DNA of 64,000 bases from Candidatus Bathyarchaeia archaeon (GTDB taxonomy: Archaea; Thermoproteota; Bathyarchaeia; 40CM-2-53-6), in assembly GCA_035656295.1 (NCBI GenBank), contig DASRSU010000025.1, positions 150,132 through 214,131 of the forward strand. Reading direction: 5' to 3'. The notes beneath the pieces were generated by a model. The model searched no databases. It was not told where the DNA came from and saw only the letters and a program-made list of their open reading frames with translations. The position numbers and the translations under genes were made by a program. Every line of letters starts with the position of its first letter. Position 1 is the stretch's first letter. This document shows positions 1-9,080 of this stretch, piece by piece.

Positions 1-935
1 GATCGGCGCATCGAGTAGCCCGTTCTCGATACTGCGTGTTTGATCATGCGATATACCTGCCCTTGAAAGTCTTCGTTGACCTTCTTCGCCATTCGAACTA
101 GTCTGCCTACCGATCTCGTGTTTGAATCCTCGAGAAGTATCGTGCTCGCGATAGAGTCTGTCATCGGCAGCTTCTGGGAGGGAGTCAGAAAGTCTGCGCC
201 CGCTGTCCTGCAAATATCCAACAGCTGGCTGAAATCGAGTCCAGCATTCTCGGAAATCATGGCTAGCTCTAGCTCAAGAGCCTGAACGACTTCGCGGGAA
301 ACCGCGGAGAGTAGTCCTGCAGCTTCGGCCAATCGGAAGCTTGCGACAGACAGCATCGAGGGAAAGACTCGCAGTAGCACTTCCTGTACTGGAGTCGGAT
401 ATGTACGCTCGGAGGCGAGAATCTTTGGGCGTTCCCTGAAAGCCTGGATTGGTTCTTCATTCCAGAGAAGGGGCATGTAACAAAGCCCAACCGATCGTCC
501 GACCTTGAACCCACTGTACTTCTCCAACCAAAATTGTATGTTTGTCCTAGTGTAATCAGGTCGACACAGGCCTGTGTAGATGAGGCTCGAACCTTCGGCT
601 AGTTCTGAGGCAATCTTTCGGACTGCCGTCTCCAAGTGGTTCGAGTCTTCCCTTCTGGCGGCGTGCGACGTGAGTATCACCGTTCCGACTCTCGAAACGG
701 GAATCTGGTCGACATCCGAGGACGATTTGATCGCACCAGACTTCTGGTGTAGGCCGAGTAACCATTGGGCTTCCCCAATCTCTGATTTCTCGGTCTGGAC
801 AGAGTCGCCGTTGTTGAAAGGTCCGACAAGATGGCATTTTGTATCGGCCTCTGCGAAGAGCACAGAGAGAATCAGTGCTTCGGCCCGATCGCCGATAATC
901 GCAATCTCTCTAGGTTCATGGAGTTGATTCGTCAT
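1..935 (-). CDS. NDP-sugar dehydrogenase-like protein (divergent paralog), 5'-partial; runs off the window start
   Basis: Hand translation of the minus strand from ATG at 933-935 gives a stop-free frame to position 1 (MTNQLHEPREIAIIGDRAEALILS...LCYMPLLWNEEP...). Weak resemblance to the UDP-glucose/GDP-mannose dehydrogenase family, but the Rossmann GxGxxG is degenerate (GDRAEA). A clear family member lies downstream at 2240-3610. Not in the ORF track because it is edge-truncated. Confidence 0.4.
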   Translation of the reverse strand, partial: MTNQLHEPREIAIIGDRAEALILSVLFAEADTKCHLVGPFNNGDSVQTEKSEIGEAQWLLGLHQKSGAIKSSSDVDQIPVSRVGTVILTSHAARREDSNHLETAVRKIASELAEGSSLIYTGLCRPDYTRTNIQFWLEKYSGFKVGRSVGLCYMPLLWNEEPIQAFRERPKILASERTYPTPVQEVLLRVFPSMLSVASFRLAEAAGLLSAVSREVVQALELELAMISENAGLDFSQLLDICRTAGADFLTPSQKLPMTDSIASTILLEDSNTRSVGRLVRMAKKVNEDFQGQVYRMIKHAVSRTGYSMRR

Positions 936-1167
936 TGTTGATTGCCTACGGTGGGGGATGTTTACACGAGTCATGGAATATTCTGCTTAACAGATTGCAT
1001 CTGTCGTGGTGCAAGATCAAGGGCAACAGTTGCTAGGAATTGCTTCTGTGGCGTGAGCGTCGAATCGCCCCTGACTGCGAATGCAACGCGTGTTACGATG
1101 CCTCAGCACGACGATATTCAATATCTTATGTACTTGACGAAAATGCCAGGAATCAGTTCTGAGACGT

Positions 1168-2247
1168 GTGAAATTGAAGATTTGGATCGACGTCCTGACT
1201 CCGAAACAAGCATTATTCTTTGCTCCACTTTATGATTGGCTGACGAGGAATAATCACGATGTCTTGCTCACAACTCGCGTGTATCGCGAAGCTGTCCAGT
1301 CGCTTCAGCTCAAGAAGCTGCCTTTCCACGTAGTCGGAAAGCATGGAGGCGCGGACCCGTACGCAAAGCTAGTATCGAGTGCCCAGCGAATAATGTCGCT
1401 AGCCCGCCTCATCCAGAAGTGGCGGCCTGATGTCGCGGTATCCTTTTCATCAGTCGAAGCCTCACGGGTAGCCTTCGGACTCTCGGTACCTCACGTAGCT
1501 GTGAATGATTCCCCGCATTCTCGGTTCGTAGCAAGACTCACTATTCCTTTGTCACGGTATGTTTGTTCACCCTGGATAATTCCGAGCCATATTTGGAAGA
1601 GCTTTGGAGCTCGAAGAGACGATATCGTGGCGTACAAGGCCCTAGATCCAGCGGCCTGGCTGAAACGACATAAGCCGAACAGTCGCGTCGTGAAGGAACT
1701 CAGGCTGACCCGGACAAACCCAATTGTCCTGCTTCGGACCGAAGAAGCTTTCGCCTCCTATCTAGCCGGAAAAGCTAGTGACAAGGCACCAGTGATAGGT
1801 CCGGTAATCCGAGAAATACTAAGACTTGGACTAAAAGTCCAGATCATCGTTTCAACACGGTACGGGCAACAGGCCCCGGTCCTGAGAAAAATGTTTGGAA
1901 GAAGAGTAAGGGTCATTGATAGGGTCGTAGATGCCGCAAGCCTCCTCGACTACTCCACGATTTTCATCGGGTCGGGTGGTACAATGACAATAGAGGCCGC
2001 GTTGCTGGGCAAACCCGCAATCTCCTGTTTCCCGGGCGAAAAACCTCTCTACATCAAGTATTTGGAGCAGAAGGGCCTAGTGAAGAGCCTGAAAGATCCG
2101 AAAAAGATCGCACTGGAAGTGAAAAGGATCCTCTCCTCGCCTGATTTTCTCAAGGAGCAACGAGAACGGGGACGAGCACTATTGGCTTGGATGGAGGATC
2201 CCATTGTGAGAATTTCGAAAGTTGTGATCGCGGCAGCCAATGACTAG
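1168..2247 (+). CDS. DUF354 family protein (glycosyltransferase/epimerase-like, GT-B fold)
   Basis: N-terminus MKLKIWIDVLTPKQALFF matches the conserved DUF354 start (KIWIDI...). 359 aa. Immediately followed by a nucleotide-sugar dehydrogenase, the usual archaeal neighbourhood. Confidence 0.65.
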   Translation: MKLKIWIDVLTPKQALFFAPLYDWLTRNNHDVLLTTRVYREAVQSLQLKKLPFHVVGKHGGADPYAKLVSSAQRIMSLARLIQKWRPDVAVSFSSVEASRVAFGLSVPHVAVNDSPHSRFVARLTIPLSRYVCSPWIIPSHIWKSFGARRDDIVAYKALDPAAWLKRHKPNSRVVKELRLTRTNPIVLLRTEEAFASYLAGKASDKAPVIGPVIREILRLGLKVQIIVSTRYGQQAPVLRKMFGRRVRVIDRVVDAASLLDYSTIFIGSGGTMTIEAALLGKPAISCFPGEKPLYIKYLEQKGLVKSLKDPKKIALEVKRILSSPDFLKEQRERGRALLAWMEDPIVRISKVVIAAAND

Positions 2248-3610
2248 CATAACGACCTCATACCAAGAGAGTCTGCTGGAAAAGATCAGAAGCAAGAGCG
2301 CAACGGTTTGTGTTGTCGGCCTCGGGTACGTCGGAATCCCGCTATCCGTAGCATCCGCGGAGGCAGGGTTCAATGTAATCGGAGTCGACGTTGACGTCAA
2401 GAAAGTCGAGAGCGTGAATCGAGGCGTATGCTACGTGGAGGACGCTTACAGTGAAAGGCTACTCCCTTCCCTGGTCCAGAGTGGAAAAATCAGAGCGGTC
2501 ACAAAACTTGAGGAAGCAGTCCCACGGGCTAGCGTTGTCATAGTTGCTGTACCGACACCGCTTGATCGACTTGGAGCCCCGGACCTATCGTATCTCAGGA
2601 CTGTAGCGAACGGACTCTCAAGAATATTGTCAGACTACAAGCTAGTCATCCTCGAAAGCACAAGCTATCCTGGCACGACGGAGGAAGTTTTTCGACCCTT
2701 GCTGGAAAAGAGGGGCAAGAAGGCCACGGTTGATTTCGCACTCGTCTATTCGCCAGAAAGGATCGACTATGGAAATTCCCAATTCGGTGTCAGGAATATT
2801 CCGAAAGTGGTCGGTGGAATCGATGTTACATCCACGAAGCTCGGTCAATTATTCTATGAGACAATTCTTCAAGCACAAGTCGTGGCTGTTGTCGGCCCGT
2901 CAGTCGCAGAGGCGACAAAGATGCTCGAGAACGTATTTCGCTACGTTAACATCGCACTGGTAAACGAGCTAGCAGTTCTTCACGAAATCCTCGGAGTCGA
3001 CTTTATCGAAGCTGTAAAGGCCGCCTCAACTAAACCCTTCGGGTTCATGGCTCACTATCCAGGGCCTGGGGTCGGTGGACATTGCATTCCCAAGGATCCA
3101 TTCTATCTGGTGTACAAAGCGAAGAAAGCGGGATTCCCGTTACGGCTCGTCTCAGCGGCGAAAACCATCAACGGAGAGATGCCCGTACACACTGTGGATC
3201 GACTCAAGTCCATTTTGCGAAAGCAAAAAAAGAACCCGGTGAAATCCAAAGTAGCCCTGTGGGGATTAGCTTACAAGGGAGAGGTCAAGGACACTCGCAG
3301 AAGCCCCAGCCTCGAAATTCTCAAGTTGTTGAAGAAAACAATGATCAAAACTCAGGTGTACGACCCGTATGTACAGAATGTACAGGTTGCGGGCACCAAC
3401 TACGAGTCTGCCAAATCTGCAGCGGACTCTGCGACAGGAGCTGATGCGATCATGATCGTAACGAATCACAAGATGTTTCGAGATGTCGACCTCAGACAGC
3501 TCAAACAGGTCATGAAGCCTGATCCGGTACTGTTCGACACTCGGAACCTGTTGAACAAAGAAGAGGCGGAATTGGCTGGGTTTACGTACATAGCTACGGG
3601 ACGCCCCTGA
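2240..3610 (+). CDS. nucleotide-sugar dehydrogenase (UDP-glucose/GDP-mannose DH family; likely UDP-ManNAc/UDP-Glc 6-dehydrogenase)
   Basis: Rossmann motif VCVVGLGYVGIPLSVA. Catalytic-cysteine motif GGHCIPKDP. 456 aa. Overlaps the upstream DUF354 gene by 8 nt, suggesting an operon. Confidence 0.85.
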   Translation: MTSITTSYQESLLEKIRSKSATVCVVGLGYVGIPLSVASAEAGFNVIGVDVDVKKVESVNRGVCYVEDAYSERLLPSLVQSGKIRAVTKLEEAVPRASVVIVAVPTPLDRLGAPDLSYLRTVANGLSRILSDYKLVILESTSYPGTTEEVFRPLLEKRGKKATVDFALVYSPERIDYGNSQFGVRNIPKVVGGIDVTSTKLGQLFYETILQAQVVAVVGPSVAEATKMLENVFRYVNIALVNELAVLHEILGVDFIEAVKAASTKPFGFMAHYPGPGVGGHCIPKDPFYLVYKAKKAGFPLRLVSAAKTINGEMPVHTVDRLKSILRKQKKNPVKSKVALWGLAYKGEVKDTRRSPSLEILKLLKKTMIKTQVYDPYVQNVQVAGTNYESAKSAADSATGADAIMIVTNHKMFRDVDLRQLKQVMKPDPVLFDTRNLLNKEEAELAGFTYIATGRP

Positions 3611-3636
3611 ACTGTCCATATGCTATGCACACGCAT

Positions 3637-4563
3637 TCAGCGACTGGTCTTAGATGATTCCAGTCCGAGAACTAGGTTAGTGAGCAGTGTGTTGTAGGGA
3701 GTATCAAGGTTTCTCGACTTCCCGAACTTCGCAATCATGCCGTTTAATTGAAGTATTTCAGACCGTTTGCCCTTCTCGACGTCCTGAAGCATCGAGGACT
3801 TATTGAGTGCTGTAGACGATAGTATCTTTTCGAGAAGCTGGCCAGGGCCCGGACGAGTCGTTTTGATTCCTAGTAGGCTACATACTTGCTGACCTTCTTC
3901 GACGACTTTGATGGTTATGGCCAGTAAGCCCGGAACTTTGACAAGTTCCCCATTTCGAAGTCTGGTAAGAGCCGTGAGCGGATTTATCGCCGAATTCACT
4001 ATCGCCTTCGACCATAGAACGCCTTTGACGTTGCGAGTGACCCTCGTCGAAAACCCGGCGCCTTGGAACACTTTCTTCAAATGATAGATATTTGCTGATT
4101 TCGCCGGGACAATTTGGCCAAGCCACGTTGTGCCTCGGCCCGTGTGCTGAGCATAGCCTTCGCCGATCAGATATGCCCCTTCAGTTGTGGAACCGCCTAC
4201 GATGGCCTTGGCTGGAATATACCTGGACAACGTCTCGAGGTTGTTCAGTCCGTTCTGAAGTGTTAGCACGAGTCCGAGTGGTCCTAAGGATCCTTTCAGG
4301 CTCCGAGCGACCGTTTCTGTGTCATATGCTTTGACAGTGACAATGACAAGATCGACTCTGTCAGAGCGATGGAGTGTCCCCTGAATCTTGAGATTTGCCT
4401 TTTCAATTCGACCGGATAGGTTCTTGAGCCGAACCCCGGATGCCTTGATTCTTCGAACACTGCGCTTACGATGATGTACGAGGATAATATCGTGGCCCGT
4501 TTTGTTGAGACGGATCCCAAAAAGGCAACCCAGCGCGCCTGGGCCGATGATGGCTATGCGCAT
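3637..4563 (-). CDS. panE: 2-dehydropantoate 2-reductase (ketopantoate reductase, ApbA/PanE)
   Basis: MRIAIIGPGALGCLFGIRL Rossmann N-terminus. 308 aa. Adjacent to panB. Confidence 0.75.
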   Translation of the reverse strand: MRIAIIGPGALGCLFGIRLNKTGHDIILVHHRKRSVRRIKASGVRLKNLSGRIEKANLKIQGTLHRSDRVDLVIVTVKAYDTETVARSLKGSLGPLGLVLTLQNGLNNLETLSRYIPAKAIVGGSTTEGAYLIGEGYAQHTGRGTTWLGQIVPAKSANIYHLKKVFQGAGFSTRVTRNVKGVLWSKAIVNSAINPLTALTRLRNGELVKVPGLLAITIKVVEEGQQVCSLLGIKTTRPGPGQLLEKILSSTALNKSSMLQDVEKGKRSEILQLNGMIAKFGKSRNLDTPYNTLLTNLVLGLESSKTSR

Positions 4564-4566
4564 TTG

Positions 4567-5436
4567 CTAGGTTTTCCGTCTTGGAGCTAGTCTCACCCGC
4601 TCGTTTTCATCCATGTTGAAAACATGCTGGGCATCGGGAAATATGCCCTTCCTGACTTCTTCAACGTATGTCCCGAGGGCTTGACGTATCATGGAACCAG
4701 TATCTACATATCGTTTAGCAAACTTCGGGGTGAACCGTGGGTACAATCCAATAATGTCGTGTAAGACCAAGACCTGTCCGTCGCAATATCTTCCGGAACC
4801 GATCCCGATTGTCGGTACGCTCACGGCCTCAGTGATTCGCTTCGCCACTTCTTCGGTCACCATTTCGAGCACGATTCCGAAGACTCCTACTTGTTCAAGA
4901 CTGCGTGCGTCCTCTATCAGGGCGGTGGCAGATTCGGCCGTTCTTCCTTGGACCCTGTAGCCAGTGTTCAGCGTTGCGGTCTGAGGGATTACTCCTATGT
5001 GTCCGAGAACAGGAATCCCGGTGTCGACGATCGCCTTCGCGGTGGCCGCGATATCCTTTCCCCCTTCTATCTTGACGGCTGTCATTCCGCCTTCCTTGAT
5101 GAAACGGCCCGCGTTTCGAATTGCTTCTTCCTTCGAGACTTGGAAGCTGAGGAAAGGCATGTCCGCTATTAGCAATGGATGAGATGCGCCCCTTGCCACG
5201 GCGCGACAGACAGGCAACATCTCCTCGACGGTCACAGGTATGGTAGTATCATATCCGAGAACCACCATCCCGTATGAGTCTCCAACTAGTATTGAGTCTA
5301 CTCCGATCTCATCAGCAATTTTGGAGGTTGGATAGTCGTATGATGTCACCATTACGCTGCGTTCGTTTTGCGTCTTCATTTTCCGGAAAGCGTCGACGGA
5401 GACTTTTCGTCGCTGCGTTTCTTCGGTGGGCTTCAA
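4567..5436 (-). CDS. panB: 3-methyl-2-oxobutanoate hydroxymethyltransferase
   Basis: VTSYDYPTSKIADEIGVDSILVGDSYGMVVLGYDTT and IADMPFLS motifs typical of PanB. 289 aa. Confidence 0.9.
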   Translation of the reverse strand: MKPTEETQRRKVSVDAFRKMKTQNERSVMVTSYDYPTSKIADEIGVDSILVGDSYGMVVLGYDTTIPVTVEEMLPVCRAVARGASHPLLIADMPFLSFQVSKEEAIRNAGRFIKEGGMTAVKIEGGKDIAATAKAIVDTGIPVLGHIGVIPQTATLNTGYRVQGRTAESATALIEDARSLEQVGVFGIVLEMVTEEVAKRITEAVSVPTIGIGSGRYCDGQVLVLHDIIGLYPRFTPKFAKRYVDTGSMIRQALGTYVEEVRKGIFPDAQHVFNMDENERVRLAPRRKT

Positions 5437-6233
5437 TTATGCATCCAGCCGTTCAAGTAGCTCGTTATCTGTCTGACACTTTCCGTTAGATTCTCTTGAT
5501 TGTCAAAATTCTTCTTGAGCCGATTGATCTCCGACCTGTCTGATCTCTTCAGATCGCCGATGGCCTTCGTTAAGGCAGGTATTGCTCGAATAATATTGTC
5601 GACTATCGTTATGGAAGCGACTTTCGATGTACGGGACAACGGATTCAGATCTATCGCAATGACGATCTTCCCGATTTTCGTTAGTGCTTCGGCACGGTCA
5701 CCATCTTCTAGTGGTACGAACACAACATCGGCGTTGGCTATCCCCTCAGGATCTGATCGTCCCCTTGAGCTTGAGATTCCAGGAATTCTTACCATCGGGA
5801 CTGGTCCAATACCGAGTATGTTCTTCGCGCCCAGCTTCCTCAGCTGTTGAGCTATTAGCATCCTCCTTCTCGGCGTCGAGTGGAAGAGATTCACCTCGAT
5901 GGGTGCAGGAATGTTATGAGATAGATCAACAATTTCCTTTCCGACTAGCGCGACTGAGTTGCCGTTTACAGAAAGAACGGGCCTTCTAGCATCGAGGATG
6001 AATGCCGCGGCCGTAGTAATTGCATTGAGCGCGACAGAACTGGTGCGTTCTCCGAGGATGTAGTCGAAGGCCTCGCCTCGTCCGTGGGCGATCAGTCCCT
6101 GCGGAACCACGATCTTGCTGAGTGACGCTTTGACCAACTTCTCCCTGGTGAAGAGGGACAGGAAACGGGGATGATTTTCAGACAGCTTCAACATGATTGA
6201 GTTCCAGTTTGAACAACCTTCACGCGGAATCAT
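5433..6233 (-). CDS. putative archaeal 4-phosphopantoate--beta-alanine ligase (phosphopantothenate synthetase-like), by context
   Basis: 266 aa with no GHMP-kinase glycine motif. Overlaps the panB start by 4 nt, giving a three-gene minus-strand operon with panB and panE. The assignment rests mainly on archaeal CoA-pathway gene context. Confidence 0.4.
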   Translation of the reverse strand: MIPREGCSNWNSIMLKLSENHPRFLSLFTREKLVKASLSKIVVPQGLIAHGRGEAFDYILGERTSSVALNAITTAAAFILDARRPVLSVNGNSVALVGKEIVDLSHNIPAPIEVNLFHSTPRRRMLIAQQLRKLGAKNILGIGPVPMVRIPGISSSRGRSDPEGIANADVVFVPLEDGDRAEALTKIGKIVIAIDLNPLSRTSKVASITIVDNIIRAIPALTKAIGDLKRSDRSEINRLKKNFDNQENLTESVRQITSYLNGWMHN

Positions 6234-6570
6234 CCGCCACTTCGGTAATTCCCAGTTATTCTGCGAGCACCCCTAGAGAATGCTAAGGCAGGACGTCTTC
6301 TCTACAGATGGAGACCTAACCAGTTCGTTTTACAAGAAGAATCGGCGGCGGCCTTGTCGGCTTGTTTTTACTTATTTGCGTAGATTGGATACGGTTAAGC
6401 AAGAATTTGTGGATGCGAGCCGCGCACCCGGGCTATACTGACATGATTCTGTTCATAGTCAACTCGTGTAAATTGGAATTACGAATTGTGGATGCCGACA
6501 AGACTTCGACGTCGTGACGAAGATGTTAACTAACATTTCCCCATAGAATGAGGTTTGGAAAGACTACTTC

Positions 6571-7185
6571 TTGAAACCGGCCGCATCGGCGATTTTCGAG
6601 GACGAACGCAGAGCTCACTGCGCAGATTGTAATCAGCCATTAACCTTCGTCCGAACCAGAAGTCATGAGAAGCGATGGTATTGCTACGGCTGCGAAAAAT
6701 ACGTCAACAATTTTCCTGAACCTTCGCCCGGAAAGGATGCGTTTACGAAACTTGATAGCCTGAGCGGGTTGCAGGTCGTGGATTCCCACGGGATCTTAAT
6801 AGGAAGAGTCCGAAAGGCGCTTCCTACCGACACTGGAGATCTGAAATCCCTTCTTCTCTTTGTAGATAAGGAGCAATTCAAGAACCTGCTTGACGATAGA
6901 GAATGGCCTAAAGAATTCGAAATTGGCCACGAGAAGATTGCGACCATAGGAGATGTAGTAATCCTCTCCGACGTATTTTCTCCGAGTGCACTAGCCCCTC
7001 CGAAATCTCTCCCGGAGAAACGGATCGCAGGCACCTGCGAGAAGTGCGGAGCAGAAATCATCGGTGGAGCGAAACACTGCATCAAGTGCGGTGCATTGTT
7101 AAGGTCGCTCAACTGTGCGTCCTGTGGAACTCCCAACCCGTTCGATGCCAAGTTTTGCAAGAATTGTGGTTCTAAGATCTCCTAG
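6571..7185 (+). CDS. multi-zinc-ribbon protein (hypothetical)
   Basis: Four CxxC pairs: an N-terminal CADCNQ...CYGCEKY and a C-terminal double zinc ribbon CEKCG...CIKCG...CASCG...CKNCG. Confidence 0.55.
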   Translation: MKPAASAIFEDERRAHCADCNQPLTFVRTRSHEKRWYCYGCEKYVNNFPEPSPGKDAFTKLDSLSGLQVVDSHGILIGRVRKALPTDTGDLKSLLLFVDKEQFKNLLDDREWPKEFEIGHEKIATIGDVVILSDVFSPSALAPPKSLPEKRIAGTCEKCGAEIIGGAKHCIKCGALLRSLNCASCGTPNPFDAKFCKNCGSKIS

Positions 7186-7193
7186 ATTCGTAC

Positions 7194-7832
7194 TCAATAA
7201 TTTGGCCTGCTCAGGCGCCTTCCCGGTAAGGATTCGAACGCAAGCACTAGCATGACTATCGCGGACACTGCAACGGCCTCGTAACTGAAAAATGCTCTTG
7301 CAAAGATAACGTTGGATCCGAACCATGTCTGCATTTTGGCATTGGACAGGTATTCCTGAACGAGCCAAGAGTAGAGCGAGACTAGTACAATGCTCTGGAG
7401 GATTACAATGAGAGAGACTCTAGGCAATCGTATTCCTAGGGACTCTCGCCGAGCTCGTCCTACGTTCCTAACGGAGTCGAGTACCGGATTTGATAGATTT
7501 TCGAGTGCGGCTGAGGCCTCTGTCTTGGTTTTCAGGCGTCGGGAGCGGACGCTCTTCTTCGTTGTGGATTTTCTGCCCATGAAGTAGGCGGAGACTCCGG
7601 TTCCGGCCGTGATGAATGCGCTTCCTATCACGAATAGCACGAGTGGTGAGGTGGCGCTTCCGATGCTGCCAGCTATGGAAAATGCTCTGAGAGCCCATGT
7701 CCAGAGGCCTGCTCCGAGACCGAACGAAACTAGTGTTGCGGTGGCTCTGGCGTCGTTGTTTACGCGGCTTTTGGTAAAAATTGCCCCGACGCCATCTTGT
7801 GGCATTTTTTTACGGATGGTTCTGCCTGGCAT
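7194..7832 (-). CDS. hypothetical integral membrane protein
   Basis: Several hydrophobic segments (LVSFGLGAGLWTWAL, LVLFVIGSAFITAGTGV, LIVILQSIVLVSLYSWL). 212 aa. Tightly follows parA. Confidence 0.45.
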   Translation of the reverse strand: MPGRTIRKKMPQDGVGAIFTKSRVNNDARATATLVSFGLGAGLWTWALRAFSIAGSIGSATSPLVLFVIGSAFITAGTGVSAYFMGRKSTTKKSVRSRRLKTKTEASAALENLSNPVLDSVRNVGRARRESLGIRLPRVSLIVILQSIVLVSLYSWLVQEYLSNAKMQTWFGSNVIFARAFFSYEAVAVSAIVMLVLAFESLPGRRLSRPNY

Positions 7833-7839
7833 TGCTGTA

Positions 7840-8643
7840 CTAGGATCCGAGTTTTGATACGACGGTTTCTGCTAGCGAACTCTCCAATAGTTGGGTTGCA
7901 AAGCGACGATATTGTTCAGAGGCTTTGTTGCGTGGGCTCCAGATTATCCCGGGCATTCCCTTGCTCGGGGCTTCCGCCATTCGGACAGACCTTGGAATAA
8001 CATTACTGGCAACGTGGCTCCCGAATTTTTCCTTCAATTGTTGCAAAACTCTTCGAGAGAGACCTGTGCGTGAATCGTGCATCGTCAAGAGTATGAGGTA
8101 GTCAAAATCTGTCTTTGCACGCGACTTGACGATCCGCATGAACCTCAGGAGAGTTGGGAGACCCTCCATCGAGTAGTACTCAGATTGTACGGGCACTAGC
8201 AGAAGGTCGCAGGCGATGATTGCGTTGACGGTTAGTATTCCGATGTTTGGTGGGCAGTCTATCAGGACACTGTCAAACTTTCGCCTTGAGACCGCGAGCG
8301 CTTCTCTGAGCACGAATTCTCGGCCTGCTACCGAGGACAATTCTACTTCTGACCCTGCAAGATCTAGGTTGCTTGGAACGATGGAGAGGTTTTCGACCTT
8401 CGTTGAGATCGTGACTTCTTCGATAGTCCTAGACTGAGCGAGAACATCGTAGACCGTATACAGCAGCTTCGACTTGTCAAGCCCGAAGCTTATGGTAGCA
8501 TTTCCTTGCGGGTCAAGGTCCAATAGAAGCACCCTTCTGCCGGACTGCGCCAGCGCGGTAGCGAGATTCACGCAGCTTGTGGTCTTACCCGTCCCTCCTT
8601 TGTTATTGGCGAAAGTCAGTATCATCGGCATTTGGAATTGCAT
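7840..8643 (-). CDS. parA: ParA/Soj/MinD-family partition ATPase (the true start is probably an internal Met at MILTFANNKGG)
   Basis: Deviant Walker A NNKGGTGKTT. The downstream block LLLDLDPQGNAT and the C-terminal VIPRSVRMAEAPSKG are shared with the paralog at 53833-54600. Confidence 0.85.
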   Translation of the reverse strand: MQFQMPMILTFANNKGGTGKTTSCVNLATALAQSGRRVLLLDLDPQGNATISFGLDKSKLLYTVYDVLAQSRTIEEVTISTKVENLSIVPSNLDLAGSEVELSSVAGREFVLREALAVSRRKFDSVLIDCPPNIGILTVNAIIACDLLLVPVQSEYYSMEGLPTLLRFMRIVKSRAKTDFDYLILLTMHDSRTGLSRRVLQQLKEKFGSHVASNVIPRSVRMAEAPSKGMPGIIWSPRNKASEQYRRFATQLLESSLAETVVSKLGS

Positions 8644-9080
8644 TACGTTCGTCTACTAGGATTCAATTGTAATGAGTTCGACAATCGAGTACGATTCAAG
8701 CTAGCGTTTTGGCTGGGAACGTGATAGTCCAAGCGTTCTGCGACAGCCAAGCCACTGTCTCCCATATTATCGTCACGCCGTTCAGAGAATTCGTCTGTTT
8801 ATAGCCGTGGCTCGGCAGTGTGACGACCTAGTCTTCATCGGCTAATAGCGTGACGCGTATCCGCCTGGGCGACGCAACAATTGCAACACCGTTATGACTC
8901 GATTCACAAGATCTCTGTAAGATATCGTCACCACTGATCCCTCCAGATTCGGAATGTCTCAATAGTCACGAGTTACGCTAGCCATGGGTTGCAAGGAAAT
9001 CGCGGTCGGCTCGCCAAACCAGAAGCACATTTTAAGCCAACGTCGGCTGCTCTCGGACGATCATCTCGGTTGAAATCGAT

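Noticed and set aside
580-927. Plus-strand 115 aa ORF and minus-strand ORFs 269-514 and 556-837 at the window start
   Set aside because: A single stop-free minus-strand frame with dehydrogenase-like sequence spans 1-935. The listed ORFs are alternative-frame shadows of it.
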